Shown here piece after piece: positions 48,311 through 57,802 of a DNA stretch of 64,000 nt. Positions within the stretch are counted from its first letter, which is position 1. Each line of letters begins with the position of its first letter. The notes under the pieces are model-generated. The model was not told the DNA's origin. It saw only the letters and a list, made by a program, of their open reading frames with translations, and did no database searches. A program made the translations under genes and the position numbers. This stretch comes from a virus. Its lineage: Duplodnaviria > Caudoviricetes. Where the stretch lies: the IMG/VR virus record IMGVR_UViG_2930369814_000001, positions 22,768-86,767 of that record. One strand, given 5' to 3'.

Positions 48311-48543
48311 GCGGCGGCCCTCCGGTGCTGGGCGGGCAGGTCGGCGTCGCAGTAGAAGCCGATGGTCAGGTGCATGCCGTGGTCCTCGACGACCTTCCAC
48401 ACGGCGGTGTCGGTGCAGGCGGGCCGGCCGTCCTCGGCGCGGAAGTGGTTGGTGGTGCAGTCCGCGAAGTCGCTGTAGTCGGGCAGCATCCAGCCGGCGC
48501 CACGATGGCGGACGTGGACGGTGGGCTTGCGGCGGCGGGTCAT
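48307..48543 (-). CDS. Hypothetical protein
   Basis: Coupled ORF. Confidence 0.55.
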   Translation of the reverse strand: MTRRRKPTVHVRHRGAGWMLPDYSDFADCTTNHFRAEDGRPACTDTAVWKVVEDHGMHLTIGFYCDADLPAQHRRAAA

Positions 48544-48818
48544 GCGGCGTCTCCGATCTGACGGTGGGTGGCGGTGCTGGTGGGGTTGCCGCCGCAGCGG
48601 GCGCAGGTGCAGGCATCCGGCGGCGGCGTCGGGCCGGTGGCAGCGGTGCCGAGCGGCCAGCCGCCGGTGTGGGCGATGCGGTAGCCGGCCGCCGGAACCG
48701 CGGTGAGGGCGGGCTTGGGCTTGGCGGGGGCGCGGCCGACGAGGGACAGCAAGTAGTCCTTGAGGTCGCCCTGTTCGCGGAGGGCGGCGATGTCTTCAGC
48801 GCTCAGTTCGGTGGTCAT
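48540..48818 (-). CDS. Hypothetical protein
   Basis: EDIAALREQGDL; coupled. Confidence 0.6.
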   Translation of the reverse strand: MTTELSAEDIAALREQGDLKDYLLSLVGRAPAKPKPALTAVPAAGYRIAHTGGWPLGTAATGPTPPPDACTCARCGGNPTSTATHRQIGDAA

Positions 48819-48820
48819 CT

Positions 48821-50185
48821 CTAGCCCTCCGCCATGTCCACGAACCGGGCGTAGTGGCCCTGGAAGGCGACGGTGATCGTCCCCATCGGTCCGCCTCGGT
48901 GCTTGCCGACGATCACGTCGGCTTCTCCTGCTCGAGGACTCTCCCGCTCGTACACGTCGGGCCGGTGCAGCAGGATGACGATGTCCGCGTCCTGCTCGAT
49001 CGCACCCGACTCACGCAGGTCGGACACGATCGGCACCTTGTCCTGCCGCTGCTCGGGGCCACGGTTGAGTTGCGCCAGCACGATGATCGTGATGCCGAAC
49101 TCCTTGGCCATCACCTTGAGGTTGCGGGAGATCATCGACACGGCGACCTGCCGGGACTCGGCCGGCGGCGCCTGCATCAGCTGCAGGTAGTCGACGATGA
49201 CGACCTTCAGGCCGAACGTGCGGACCAGGTTGCGGATCGCAGCCCGCAGGCTGGGCAGCGTCAGGTATGCGTTGTCGTCGATCTTCAGTGGGGCGGATGC
49301 CAACTCGGGGAGCCTCGCCGCGGCACGCGCGACGGCGGTGTCGTCGACGATGCCCTGCTTCACGTGGTGCAGGGCGATCTTCATTTCGCCGCACAGGATC
49401 GACGTCGCCAACTCCTCGTCACTCATCTCGAGCGACCAGATCGCCGTAGGAATCTCGTGCTTGATCGCGGCAGCGCGGGCGAAGCCGGCCGCGAGCGTCG
49501 TCTTGCCCATCGCCGGGCGGGCCGCGACCACCACCAGCTGACCAGGAGCCCAGCCGCCCGAGAGCGTGGCGTCGAGGTCGATGAACCCGGTCGGCACCCG
49601 GTCCTCGAGCGACGGCTTCGTCGTCGCCCGCTCGATCACGTCCGGGAGCAGCGCACCCAGGTCGACCATGTTCGACTGCCCCGCGGGCTTCGCCAGGTTG
49701 TCGATCTCCGCCTGGATCGCCGACAGCTCTACGTCCGGGTCGAACGCCGGGTTGCTGAACCGGACGTGCATGTTCGCGCTCAACGCCCGGCCGCGGGCGG
49801 CGATCGCACCGCGGGTAACCTCGGCAGCCCAGTGCGCGGCAGCACCCGGGTTCGCGGCCATGTACAGGTCGCCGAGCTCGTTCTCCGTGAACGGCCGGGT
49901 GATCATGCGGCCGTCCGCGTGCCACACCTGCAGCTTCCGGGCCACCGCCTGCCAGCGGATCGCCGAAGCGGGCAGCGTCGACGCCAGCTCCTCGACCGCG
50001 AACCAGATCATCCGGTACCGCTCGTCGCCGATGTCCGCAGGGTCGAAGCCCTGGCTGGCCATGTCGTCGACGCACGCCGGGTCGGCCATGGCGGTGGCGG
50101 CGAGGATCCGCTCTGCCTCCACGTTGCCGGCCGGGTTCAGGGCGGCGGCCTCGTCGGGGCTCCACACGTCGATGTCGGTGCTCAC
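48821..50185 (-). CDS. dnaB: Replicative helicase
   Basis: AARPAMGKTT, SLEMS, IVDYLQL, AQLNRG, SDLRESGAIEQDAD. Confidence 0.95.
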   Translation of the reverse strand: MSTDIDVWSPDEAAALNPAGNVEAERILAATAMADPACVDDMASQGFDPADIGDERYRMIWFAVEELASTLPASAIRWQAVARKLQVWHADGRMITRPFTENELGDLYMAANPGAAAHWAAEVTRGAIAARGRALSANMHVRFSNPAFDPDVELSAIQAEIDNLAKPAGQSNMVDLGALLPDVIERATTKPSLEDRVPTGFIDLDATLSGGWAPGQLVVVAARPAMGKTTLAAGFARAAAIKHEIPTAIWSLEMSDEELATSILCGEMKIALHHVKQGIVDDTAVARAAARLPELASAPLKIDDNAYLTLPSLRAAIRNLVRTFGLKVVIVDYLQLMQAPPAESRQVAVSMISRNLKVMAKEFGITIIVLAQLNRGPEQRQDKVPIVSDLRESGAIEQDADIVILLHRPDVYERESPRAGEADVIVGKHRGGPMGTITVAFQGHYARFVDMAEG

Positions 50186-50802
50186 GCGGCGGCCCCCTGA
50201 CGGCGGTCGCGGCCCTCGAGGAGGACGATGCTGTTGCCGCACATCTCCGCCAGGCGCGAGGCGACCCGCGGCCCCGTCACCTCCGACAGCTGGTTCGGCA
50301 GCACATCGCACGTGATGATCACCGGGCGGCGGCGGATGTACCGCTCGTCAAAGATCTCGAACAGCCGCTCCTGCGTCCACGTCGACGGGCGGGCCGCAGC
50401 CAGATCGTCGATAAACAGCAGATCGACCTTCTGCAGCTGCTTCGACAGCGTCCGCCCCTCCCCCTCCGGGGCGTCCGGGCGCAGTGCATCGAACAGCGCC
50501 GTCGACCGGAACGTCTTGATCACTGGCGAGCCCTGCCACGGCTGGCCCGGCCCGTACTGGGCCTCCAGCCAACGGCGGCACGTCTTCCACGCCGTGTGCG
50601 TCTTACCGACACCGATCGCGCCCGTCAGGAACAGGGACCGGCCACCCCAGCCGGCGATCCAGTCCTGCACCTGGGCGGGCAGGTCGATCGGTCGGCGGTA
50701 GATCTCCGGGGTCTCGTCGTCGAACCGGTTCAGCGCCACCGAGGTGCGCTCCAGAAGGAACGACTCGCGGGGGCTGAGCTCGTCAGCGGAACTGGAGGAC
50801 AC
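50182..50802 (-). CDS. DnaC/IstB-like helicase loader ATPase
   Basis: GAIGVGKT, LLFIDDL, IFDERY, RVASRL. Confidence 0.9.
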   Translation of the reverse strand: MSSSSADELSPRESFLLERTSVALNRFDDETPEIYRRPIDLPAQVQDWIAGWGGRSLFLTGAIGVGKTHTAWKTCRRWLEAQYGPGQPWQGSPVIKTFRSTALFDALRPDAPEGEGRTLSKQLQKVDLLFIDDLAAARPSTWTQERLFEIFDERYIRRRPVIITCDVLPNQLSEVTGPRVASRLAEMCGNSIVLLEGRDRRQGAAA

Positions 50803-51646
50803 TCTGCTTCTCCTCTGCGGTCATGCTGCTGGTGTCATGGGGTGCCGTCGGCGGGCCTTGCGGGGCGCGCTTGCGCTGCTGTGAGGCGGCCTGGCGGCGG
50901 AGGGTCTCGTACTTGGCCCGGAGCTTCCCGGGGCTGAGGATGTGGGCGTTCCAGAAGTCGTCGGCGTGGGCCCAGTCGATGGCGGCGATGGCCTGCTCGG
51001 GTGTTACGCCGTCGACGTCGATCAGCAGCCGGACGTCGTTGCGCCACGTCTTCGAGATCCGCTGCTTCTTGCCGCCGCCCTTCTCAATGACAGCGGCCAG
51101 GTGCTCACAGACGCGTTCGACGTCAGGGCGAGGAGGGGGTGCGTCGGAGGCGTCAGCCTTCGAATCCGCCTCTATTCCTTTTCCCTGCTCCCTGCTCCCT
51201 GCTCCCTGCTCAGGGGCGTCATCCTCCAGAGCGCTCTGGCGGTCCTCCGGAGCCTTTCGGTAATCCTCCGGAGAGTCGGAGAGGGCCTGGTCAGAGCGCG
51301 GCGAGACTTCCCAGGGGAGCGGGAAGCGCGGCTTCCGGGGGTGACTGACCTTCTGGTGCTCGTCCCAGCTGTTGACGAACACGAGAGTCCGTCCGGATGC
51401 CTCGTACAGGCTGACGAGACGTGCCTCGTGAAGCCTCTGGAGATCCTCACGAGTCCTCTGGAGGATGTCCGGAGTCTCTTCGAGGGGCCAGATTGCGGCA
51501 CGGATCAGACGCGGGTCAGCCGGCCCCACCCCGTTGTCGTCGACGTAGGTCCACAGGCCGATGAACGTCAGCCGTGCGGACAGGGGAAGGTCAGCGATCG
51601 TCAGGGAGGTGAAGAACTCCGGCTTGATCGAACGGATCCGGGCCAT
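50783..51646 (-). CDS. Phage replication initiator
   Basis: MARIRSIKPEFF...LFIGLW-like/DDNG; C-terminal FWNAHILSPGKLR. Confidence 0.85.
   Translation of the reverse strand: MARIRSIKPEFFTSLTIADLPLSARLTFIGLWTYVDDNGVGPADPRLIRAAIWPLEETPDILQRTREDLQRLHEARLVSLYEASGRTLVFVNSWDEHQKVSHPRKPRFPLPWEVSPRSDQALSDSPEDYRKAPEDRQSALEDDAPEQGAGSREQGKGIEADSKADASDAPPPRPDVERVCEHLAAVIEKGGGKKQRISKTWRNDVRLLIDVDGVTPEQAIAAIDWAHADDFWNAHILSPGKLRAKYETLRRQAASQQRKRAPQGPPTAPHDTSSMTAEEKQSVLQFR
51183..51210. repeat. Tandem heptamer (CCCTGCT)x4, possible origin element
   Basis: Exact tandem repeat within the initiator linker. Confidence 0.7.
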
Positions 51647-52980
51647 CAGTTGCCACCGCCCAGAGGTGCCGCCGCAGCCTCGAATACGGAGAGGTGCCGC
51701 GTCAGGTTGGTGGACAGATCGGGGTCCTTGTAGCTGCCGGCTGCTGCCGCCGCTTCATACACGTCGGCGAGGAGGAAATCGCCGTCGCTTGCGATCCGCT
51801 GCAGGCCGGTGAAGAACGCACCCTGCTCCTCCACGGTCGGATCGACCATGTCGGTCGCCATAAAGGCGGTACGCCAGATGTCGGAAGCGCGCGACTGCCA
51901 GGCGCTGACACCCGCATTGGCGAGTTCTTCGTCGGAAAGCCCCAGGTAGAGGCGCGCGGACTTCCCGTTCCCGGCGTGGCTTGCTGCCCGAATCAGGCGT
52001 CCGACGTACACCCCTGCCTCAAGGTGCGTGTCGATCTGCTTGCGGACCCAGTCTCGCTGCTTCTCAGTCGGATCGCCGACATAGGTGCCCCAGCGGTTGT
52101 TGGGGTCTTCGCTCGGCACAAAGGTGGTGGGCCAAGCGGCAATCCAGGCGCGCCACACGCTGTCTCGATCCATCTCACGGAGAGCGGTGGCGATGTCGTG
52201 GATACCGAAGTAGGTGGCGTGCTGTGCCGCCCCGAGGACTCGTTCGGGTGCTTCGAGTTCCCGGCCCGACAGCCTGGTCAGGCTGTTGCGGAACTCGGCG
52301 GCCTGGTCGGCGGTTGGTCGTTCCTCGTTGTCGACGAGACCGCAGTACCAGATCGTGTAGGCCGCTTCGATCACCGCCGCCCGGACATCGAGGTTGGCCG
52401 GTACAGGCTTGGCGCCGACGAGGCGGCCGGCTTCCTCCTGAAGCTCTGTGACCCTGTTCCAGGCGATGCCGCAGCAGTACTTGAACTTGTTGACTCGGAG
52501 AACCTTCTCGTTGCCCATCGAGGCGTCGACGATGTCCGCCCAGGTCCAGGCGGGAAGCCCTGCGATCCGGAAGCGCTCGAGGCTGGACTTCCAATCCCCG
52601 GGCAGTTCCACGGGCTTCCGGGCTTCGCCCTTGCCTGCGCCCCACCGGTTCCATTCGGTCAGGAAGGCGTCGCGGTACTCCAGCTTGGGCGTCTCCTGCT
52701 CGAGGAGGTGGTCCGCGGCCTGCTTCATGGCGTCGGCCCACCGGAGGGCGTCGTCGCTGACGTTGGCGACGACTGCGGAGTCGACGGTGGCGCTGCTCTT
52801 GCCGCTGTTGCAGGGCTCGCAGGCGGTCACCAGGTTGTCGGGTGTGTCGGTGCCGCCGAGCGCGACGGGGGTGACGTGATCGACGCGCAGCGGGACGTCC
52901 GGGGCGGACGCGCCGCAGTAGCGGCAGGTGTGGTTGTCCCTGCGGAGGATCTCGTAGCGGAGTCGCTTGGAGACGGCCAT
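51646..52980 (-). CDS. HNH endonuclease with long C-terminal extension
   Basis: LRYEILRRDNHTCRYCG...DHVTP..LGG..NLVTACEPCNSGK. Confidence 0.88.
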   Translation of the reverse strand: MAVSKRLRYEILRRDNHTCRYCGASAPDVPLRVDHVTPVALGGTDTPDNLVTACEPCNSGKSSATVDSAVVANVSDDALRWADAMKQAADHLLEQETPKLEYRDAFLTEWNRWGAGKGEARKPVELPGDWKSSLERFRIAGLPAWTWADIVDASMGNEKVLRVNKFKYCCGIAWNRVTELQEEAGRLVGAKPVPANLDVRAAVIEAAYTIWYCGLVDNEERPTADQAAEFRNSLTRLSGRELEAPERVLGAAQHATYFGIHDIATALREMDRDSVWRAWIAAWPTTFVPSEDPNNRWGTYVGDPTEKQRDWVRKQIDTHLEAGVYVGRLIRAASHAGNGKSARLYLGLSDEELANAGVSAWQSRASDIWRTAFMATDMVDPTVEEQGAFFTGLQRIASDGDFLLADVYEAAAAAGSYKDPDLSTNLTRHLSVFEAAAAPLGGGN

Positions 52981-53096
52981 GGGTTCTTCTTTCGGAGAGT
53001 GCTGGTAGGGGGCTTTTGGGCGCACGGAACCAAGCCCTTAGGGCGGCTTGTTTGAGCGCTTCGGTGCCGCCTTGGCACCCTTGAACCGTACAGCAG

Positions 53097-53110
53097 GGTG
53101 ACCGGTCACC
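53097..53110. promoter_or_regulatory. 14-bp palindrome GGTGACCGGTCACC
   Basis: Lies in the divergent gap between the replication operon and the RHH gene. Confidence 0.5.
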
Positions 53111-53193
53111 AGTAGGTCATTAGAGAGCCAACCTGTAACAGCTTTGTACGCGGGGAGGTGCCTAGTCATTGCACGGTCAGCTACGCTGTGCTC

Positions 53194-53391
53194 ATGACGA
53201 CGAAGGGGACCCCCGGCCGCGTAGTTCGCATCGACGACGAGACGTGGGCTGCATACGGGGAGCTGTGCGCAGAGGAAGGCACGTCGCGGGCCGATGACCT
53301 GCGGCGACACGCGCACGCCCGCGTCCAGGCATGGCGGAAGAAGCAGGCCATCCAGCGCCGGCTGAACAAGATGAACGCGTCCGACGACTAG
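53194..53391 (+). CDS. Ribbon-helix-helix DNA-binding protein
   Basis: TPGRVVRIDDETW...GTSRADDLR. Confidence 0.75.
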   Translation: MTTKGTPGRVVRIDDETWAAYGELCAEEGTSRADDLRRHAHARVQAWRKKQAIQRRLNKMNASDD

Positions 53392-53603
53392 CACTGGCCT
53401 CTCCTCTCGGTCGTCCTCCGGGCCCCGCTTCCGCGGGGCCTTTGTCGTGTGCGGCTGGTGAGGTGCCACTGGTTGCAGGTGGGGCACCGGTAGATGCGCT
53501 CCTCGCGTCGCTGCTCACGGGTGCGCCGTCGTTGGGCGGCAGCAAGTGCCTTGCGGGCCGCGGCCTTGGTGGGGTGCGGGATCTTCCCGGTGAGGCAGGT
53601 CAT
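53388..53603 (-). CDS. Small Zn-binding protein
   Basis: CLTGK...IYRCPTCNQWHLTS. Confidence 0.7.
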   Translation of the reverse strand: MTCLTGKIPHPTKAAARKALAAAQRRRTREQRREERIYRCPTCNQWHLTSRTRQRPRGSGARRTTERRGQC

Positions 53604-53902
53604 CGGCCTGCCTTCTTCCGGCTCTTCGGGTGCAGGGCGACGGGCTTCCATCCGTTGTCGCGCCAGGCGGTGACGGTGGAGTGGTCGGCGCGGATTCGCC
53701 GGCCGATGGCGGACGGCCCGTAGCCGCGGTCGTGGAGGAGCCGCGCCGTGTACAGCTGTTCGGCTGGGGTGAGGGTGACGGGCTGCCCGTTGAGGGCGTA
53801 CTCGACGGCAATAAGGTCGATGTCGCCGTTCTCGTCGTAGGTGTGGGTGGTGGAGGCGTGCAGGTAGGGGCTGCGGTCGGCCCCAATGCGGGTGGCGATC
53901 AT
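53600..53902 (-). CDS. HTH protein
   Basis: IDLIAVEYAL...LTPAE...IGRRI...TVTAWR. Confidence 0.65.
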   Translation of the reverse strand: MIATRIGADRSPYLHASTTHTYDENGDIDLIAVEYALNGQPVTLTPAEQLYTARLLHDRGYGPSAIGRRIRADHSTVTAWRDNGWKPVALHPKSRKKAGR

Positions 53903-54744
53903 GCGGCCACCTCCACCGCGTACTGGGGGTGGTCGCGGAAGGCGTGGTCGATGTACGCCTTGGACACGCCGAGGCGGGCGGCGGCGCTGGCCCGGTCGAG
54001 GCCGCTGGTGCGCATCACCCAGTTGGCGTTTTCGGCGACGGCGGCACGCTTGGTGCCGACTTCGCCGACTGCCGGGGTGAAGTCCGGGTCGTCGAACGCT
54101 TCGTCGTCCCAGTAGACGGTGCCCACCCAGCCTTTGGAGGCGGCCCGGCTGCGGGTGCGTTCGGCGATGTGGGGTGCGATGCCGTGGTCTTCGGGCTTGA
54201 GGCCGTCGAGTTCGGTGTACAGCTTGGTGACGTAGCCGGCGACCCAGCGGCGGACGGTCACGGTCTCTGCCTGGTTTTGCAGGTAGACGATGAACTGTTT
54301 GTGCCGGCCGCAGCGGTGGGCGAGTTCGGTTGCGGTCCAGCCGTCGGCGGCCAGGGCGCGCAGTCGGCGCACGGTGCCGAGGCCGGAGGTTTGGCTGCCG
54401 GATCCGGGGAGGTCGGTGTCGGTGGCTTTGAGGGCGAGGACGCGGGTTTCGGTGGAGCGGTGGATGCTGCCTTCGTTGCGGACGATGCGGTAGAGCACGT
54501 TTTCGCTGATGAGTGCGTCGGCCATGATCTGGCGGTCGGGCATGCCGGCGTCGCGGAGGCGGGTGACGTGTCGGGCGGCCCGGTGGGTGGTGGTGAGGAG
54601 TCCGCGTCCGGTGGCGCGGAGGTAGCGTCCGCGGCGGACTTCTGCGGTGACGCCGTCGGTGCACTGGCGGCACCTGCATCCGCGGCGGTAGCGGCGGGGG
54701 TCTCCGTGGTCGAAGGCTTCGGCGGGGATGGCGGGGCGGCCCAT
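53899..54744 (-). CDS. Multi-HTH DNA-binding protein
   Basis: HG...YRRGCRC..C; GTVRRLRALAADGW; terminal AARLGVS. Confidence 0.7.
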   Translation of the reverse strand: MGRPAIPAEAFDHGDPRRYRRGCRCRQCTDGVTAEVRRGRYLRATGRGLLTTTHRAARHVTRLRDAGMPDRQIMADALISENVLYRIVRNEGSIHRSTETRVLALKATDTDLPGSGSQTSGLGTVRRLRALAADGWTATELAHRCGRHKQFIVYLQNQAETVTVRRWVAGYVTKLYTELDGLKPEDHGIAPHIAERTRSRAASKGWVGTVYWDDEAFDDPDFTPAVGEVGTKRAAVAENANWVMRTSGLDRASAAARLGVSKAYIDHAFRDHPQYAVEVAA

Positions 54745-55110
54745 CACTTCTCCTTCCGGGTGCTGGTGTTCCAGATGGCGGTGCAGGTGTGGAGTGCGTC
54801 CTGGTCGGTGCCGGGCTGGGTGTCGGGGGCGGCGTGTGCCTGGCTGCGGGTGACGGTTTCGCGGGCTGCGGCGATGCGGTCGAGGGTGCGCCAGGTGCCG
54901 CGCCATACGAGGCGGACGCCGACGGCGAGGATCAGGCCGGGCCCGTAGGTGGCGAGCTGGGTGTCGAGCCACGTGTAGGCGTTGATGACGGTGTCGAGCT
55001 GGCCGGCGGTCACGGCTGCCTCCGGTCGCGGCGGGCCATGACGGCGGCGGTGACGGCGATGATGCTGAGGACGAGGCCGGTGATGCCGCAGGCGAGGTAG
55101 AAGGTCTGCA

Positions 55111-55482
55111 TCACGCTGCCGCCTTCCTGGCCTGTGCGGCGCGGCGTTGGGCGGCTATCCGGCGGCCCTGGTGGGTGAGGGTCCAGACGCCGATCCGGTG
55201 GCCGTGGGTGTTGGTCTGGGTGGAGGGCACGGTGCGGCCGGTGTGCTGGATGATCCCGCCGGTGCGCAGCGAGTTGATGGCGGCGCCGAGGAAGCCGTGG
55301 CCCAGCTCGGGCAGCACGTCCCGGAGGTCGTTGCAACTGAAGTCGTCGTGGCGCTGGCCGAAGTGGAAGACTGCCTGCTCGACGAGGAACTGGTCCCAGG
55401 AGGACTGGTCGGCGATCTCCTCGAGGAGGAAGTCCTTCTCGGCGGAGGCGAGTCGTTCAGCGGGTGTGAGCTTGCGGGCCAT
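55111..55482 (-). CDS. Hypothetical protein (wHTH-like)
   Basis: FSCNDLRDVLP...THGHRIGVW. Confidence 0.65.
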   Translation of the reverse strand: MARKLTPAERLASAEKDFLLEEIADQSSWDQFLVEQAVFHFGQRHDDFSCNDLRDVLPELGHGFLGAAINSLRTGGIIQHTGRTVPSTQTNTHGHRIGVWTLTHQGRRIAAQRRAAQARKAAA

Positions 55483-55509
55483 AGTCGGCTCCCTCGGTGT
55501 GTGGTGTGC

Positions 55510-55637
<128 letters not shown>

Positions 55638-55680
55638 GACACTGGGGTTATGGGGCGTGAGGGCCTGGATGTTTGGTTGG

Positions 55681-56496
55681 CTAGTCGACGAGTTCGCCCT
55701 CGACGGGCTCGCTGTCGTCTGCGGGGTCGGCTTCGTCGAGGGCGGTGGGCTGCGGCATTGCCGGGGTGCCGGCGGTGGGGGGTGCGGTCAGTTCGCCGGC
55801 GACTTCGGCCTGGGCGCGGAGCTGCTCGCGCATGTACTCAGCGGAGGTCGGCACCCACTTCGCGAGCTGGCGGACCGCGGACTTGAGCCACATGGCTTCT
55901 TCGTTGGTGTTCCACGGGCTGTACTCGGAGTTCTTGGAGTCGGACTTGGCGCGGATCTCCATGACGCGCCGGTGGTTGAGGACGACGACCTTGGAGACGG
56001 CGCCGTCCTTCATGACGGCGTAGGCGTACACGCCGACGAGGGGGCCGCGGTCGTTGCCGAACCAGTCGATCTCGTGGACGGGCCGGTCGTCACGGCCGGG
56101 CACGTAGCGGAAGGTGTCGTTCTGGCGGACGGCTTCGACGATGACGGTGGAGACGGCGCCGGCGCGGTAGATGAGTTCGACGATGCCCTGGTAGCCGACG
56201 ATGCCCTGGATGAGCTTGCGCCCGCCCTTCTTGCGGGGGACGAGGTAGAACTGCTCGGTGCCGGGTTCGAGGCCGAGGCGGGCGGCGGTCTTCAGTTCGC
56301 GGAGGAAGACGCCCACGTCGTTCTGGGCGGCCTGGGTGAGGTCGGCGTTGCCGCGGATGGCGCCGATGGCGAGGCGGATCCACTGGTCGGCGTTGACGTG
56401 GGAGGGCACGAGGGCCGCGTACTCGTCGCGGTAGACCTCGATCTGGGCGGCGGGCCCGTTGTCGCGGGTGGCGATGGCGTTGCTGATCTGGCTCAT
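55681..56496 (-). CDS. recT: RecT-family ssDNA annealing protein
   Basis: ARLGLEPG, YLVP, IVGYQGIVELIYRAG, PW...EAMWLKSAVRQL. Confidence 0.92.
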   Translation of the reverse strand: MSQISNAIATRDNGPAAQIEVYRDEYAALVPSHVNADQWIRLAIGAIRGNADLTQAAQNDVGVFLRELKTAARLGLEPGTEQFYLVPRKKGGRKLIQGIVGYQGIVELIYRAGAVSTVIVEAVRQNDTFRYVPGRDDRPVHEIDWFGNDRGPLVGVYAYAVMKDGAVSKVVVLNHRRVMEIRAKSDSKNSEYSPWNTNEEAMWLKSAVRQLAKWVPTSAEYMREQLRAQAEVAGELTAPPTAGTPAMPQPTALDEADPADDSEPVEGELVD

Positions 56497-57431
56497 CAGG
56501 CGGCTTCCTTCTGCTTGTAGGGGTTGAGGGATTTGGTGGTGCCGTCGAGCTTGGGGATGCGGTAGGCGATGCGGCGTCCGTCGCAGACGGCGCGGCGGCC
56601 AGTGCCGATCAGGTCGAGGACGACGGACTTGGCGGCGGTGAGCTCGGCTGCGGCGGTCTTGGCTTCGGCCTGCGCGTTCTCGTAGCGGGCGGCGGCTTCG
56701 GCGGCGATTTCGACGTCGACGTCGTCGAAGCCGTCTGGCTGGACGCGGATGGTCTTGTACGTGTCGTCGGCGCTGTCGATCGGCGGGCGAACGCCGTCGC
56801 GGACTTCGTTGAGGAACTGTTCGGCGGCGTTGCGGAGGGTCTTCGCTTCGCCTTCGTCGTACTCGACGGTGTACTCGCGGTAGTCGTGGCCGGAGATCAG
56901 CACGGCGAAGTCGGTGCGGCGGACGCCAAGGGTGTCCATCTGCCACATGACCTGGCAGCGGTACCAGATCGGCACCCCGTCTTCGGCGCCGTCCGGGCCC
57001 CACTCGTCGCCCATCGGTGACGTCTTGACCTCCAGCAGTCCGGCCGCCTGGCCGGGCAGGTCGAACTCGCCGGCGGGCTGCGGGTAGATGAGCCGGTCTG
57101 GGGTGGCCCGCTGCCACTGCCGCTCCCGGTGCCTCCACGTGCCGGCGGGGGCCGCGATGAACCCGGGGCGCTCGTCCTGCCACTTCTGGGCGACCGCGTC
57201 CTCAAGCCGGTTGCCCCACTCGATTGCGGGGGTCATCTCGAAGGGGGCGGCGCGCAGTCCGGCCTTCTTGTGCCAGAGGGTGAAGCGGCTCATCCACGGC
57301 GAGAGGCCGACGACGGCTGCGATCTCGGTGGCGGTGATGGCGAGTCCGGCGCGGGCGGCGTCCCAGTCCGGTGTGCCGGGGGTGAGGTGGCCCAGCAGGA
57401 TGCCGTCCGGAGCCGCGGTCTCGGCGGTCAC
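56496..57431 (-). CDS. YqaJ-like viral recombinase exonuclease
   Basis: ITATEIAAVVGLSPW, WGNRLE, ATPDR, LLEVKT, YRCQVMWQM. Confidence 0.92.
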   Translation of the reverse strand: MTAETAAPDGILLGHLTPGTPDWDAARAGLAITATEIAAVVGLSPWMSRFTLWHKKAGLRAAPFEMTPAIEWGNRLEDAVAQKWQDERPGFIAAPAGTWRHRERQWQRATPDRLIYPQPAGEFDLPGQAAGLLEVKTSPMGDEWGPDGAEDGVPIWYRCQVMWQMDTLGVRRTDFAVLISGHDYREYTVEYDEGEAKTLRNAAEQFLNEVRDGVRPPIDSADDTYKTIRVQPDGFDDVDVEIAAEAAARYENAQAEAKTAAAELTAAKSVVLDLIGTGRRAVCDGRRIAYRIPKLDGTTKSLNPYKQKEAA

Positions 57432-57679
57432 GCGGCCACCTCGCCGCGCAGGATCCGCTGGAGGGTGGCGATGCCTTCCTCGTCGTACTTGGCGAGGGTG
57501 ATGGCGGCGCCGTAGTCGGGGAAGGTGGCGGTGAGTTTGGTCCGGTGGATCATGTCGGCGCGGTCGATGAGGCTGATCAGGGATGCGGTCCAGTCGCCGG
57601 CCGGGTAGCCGCCGCGCCCGTAGTGGTTGAGGACGTGTGCGGCGACTTCGGCGGGAATGCTGGGGTTTGTGGTGCTCAT
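57428..57679 (-). CDS. Hypothetical protein
   Basis: Coupled ORF with RBS. Confidence 0.65.
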   Translation of the reverse strand: MSTTNPSIPAEVAAHVLNHYGRGGYPAGDWTASLISLIDRADMIHRTKLTATFPDYGAAITLAKYDEEGIATLQRILRGEVAA

Positions 57680-57802
57680 GTGGCCCTCTCTTGGGTGTGC
57701 GAGGTGGTGGCCGACGCCCCGGGAGGGGGAGGTCCGGGGCGCCGGCCTGGGATGCCGCGGAGCGTGGGGGTCGCCCGGCGCGGCCGGTATGGGGTTGTGG
57801 GG

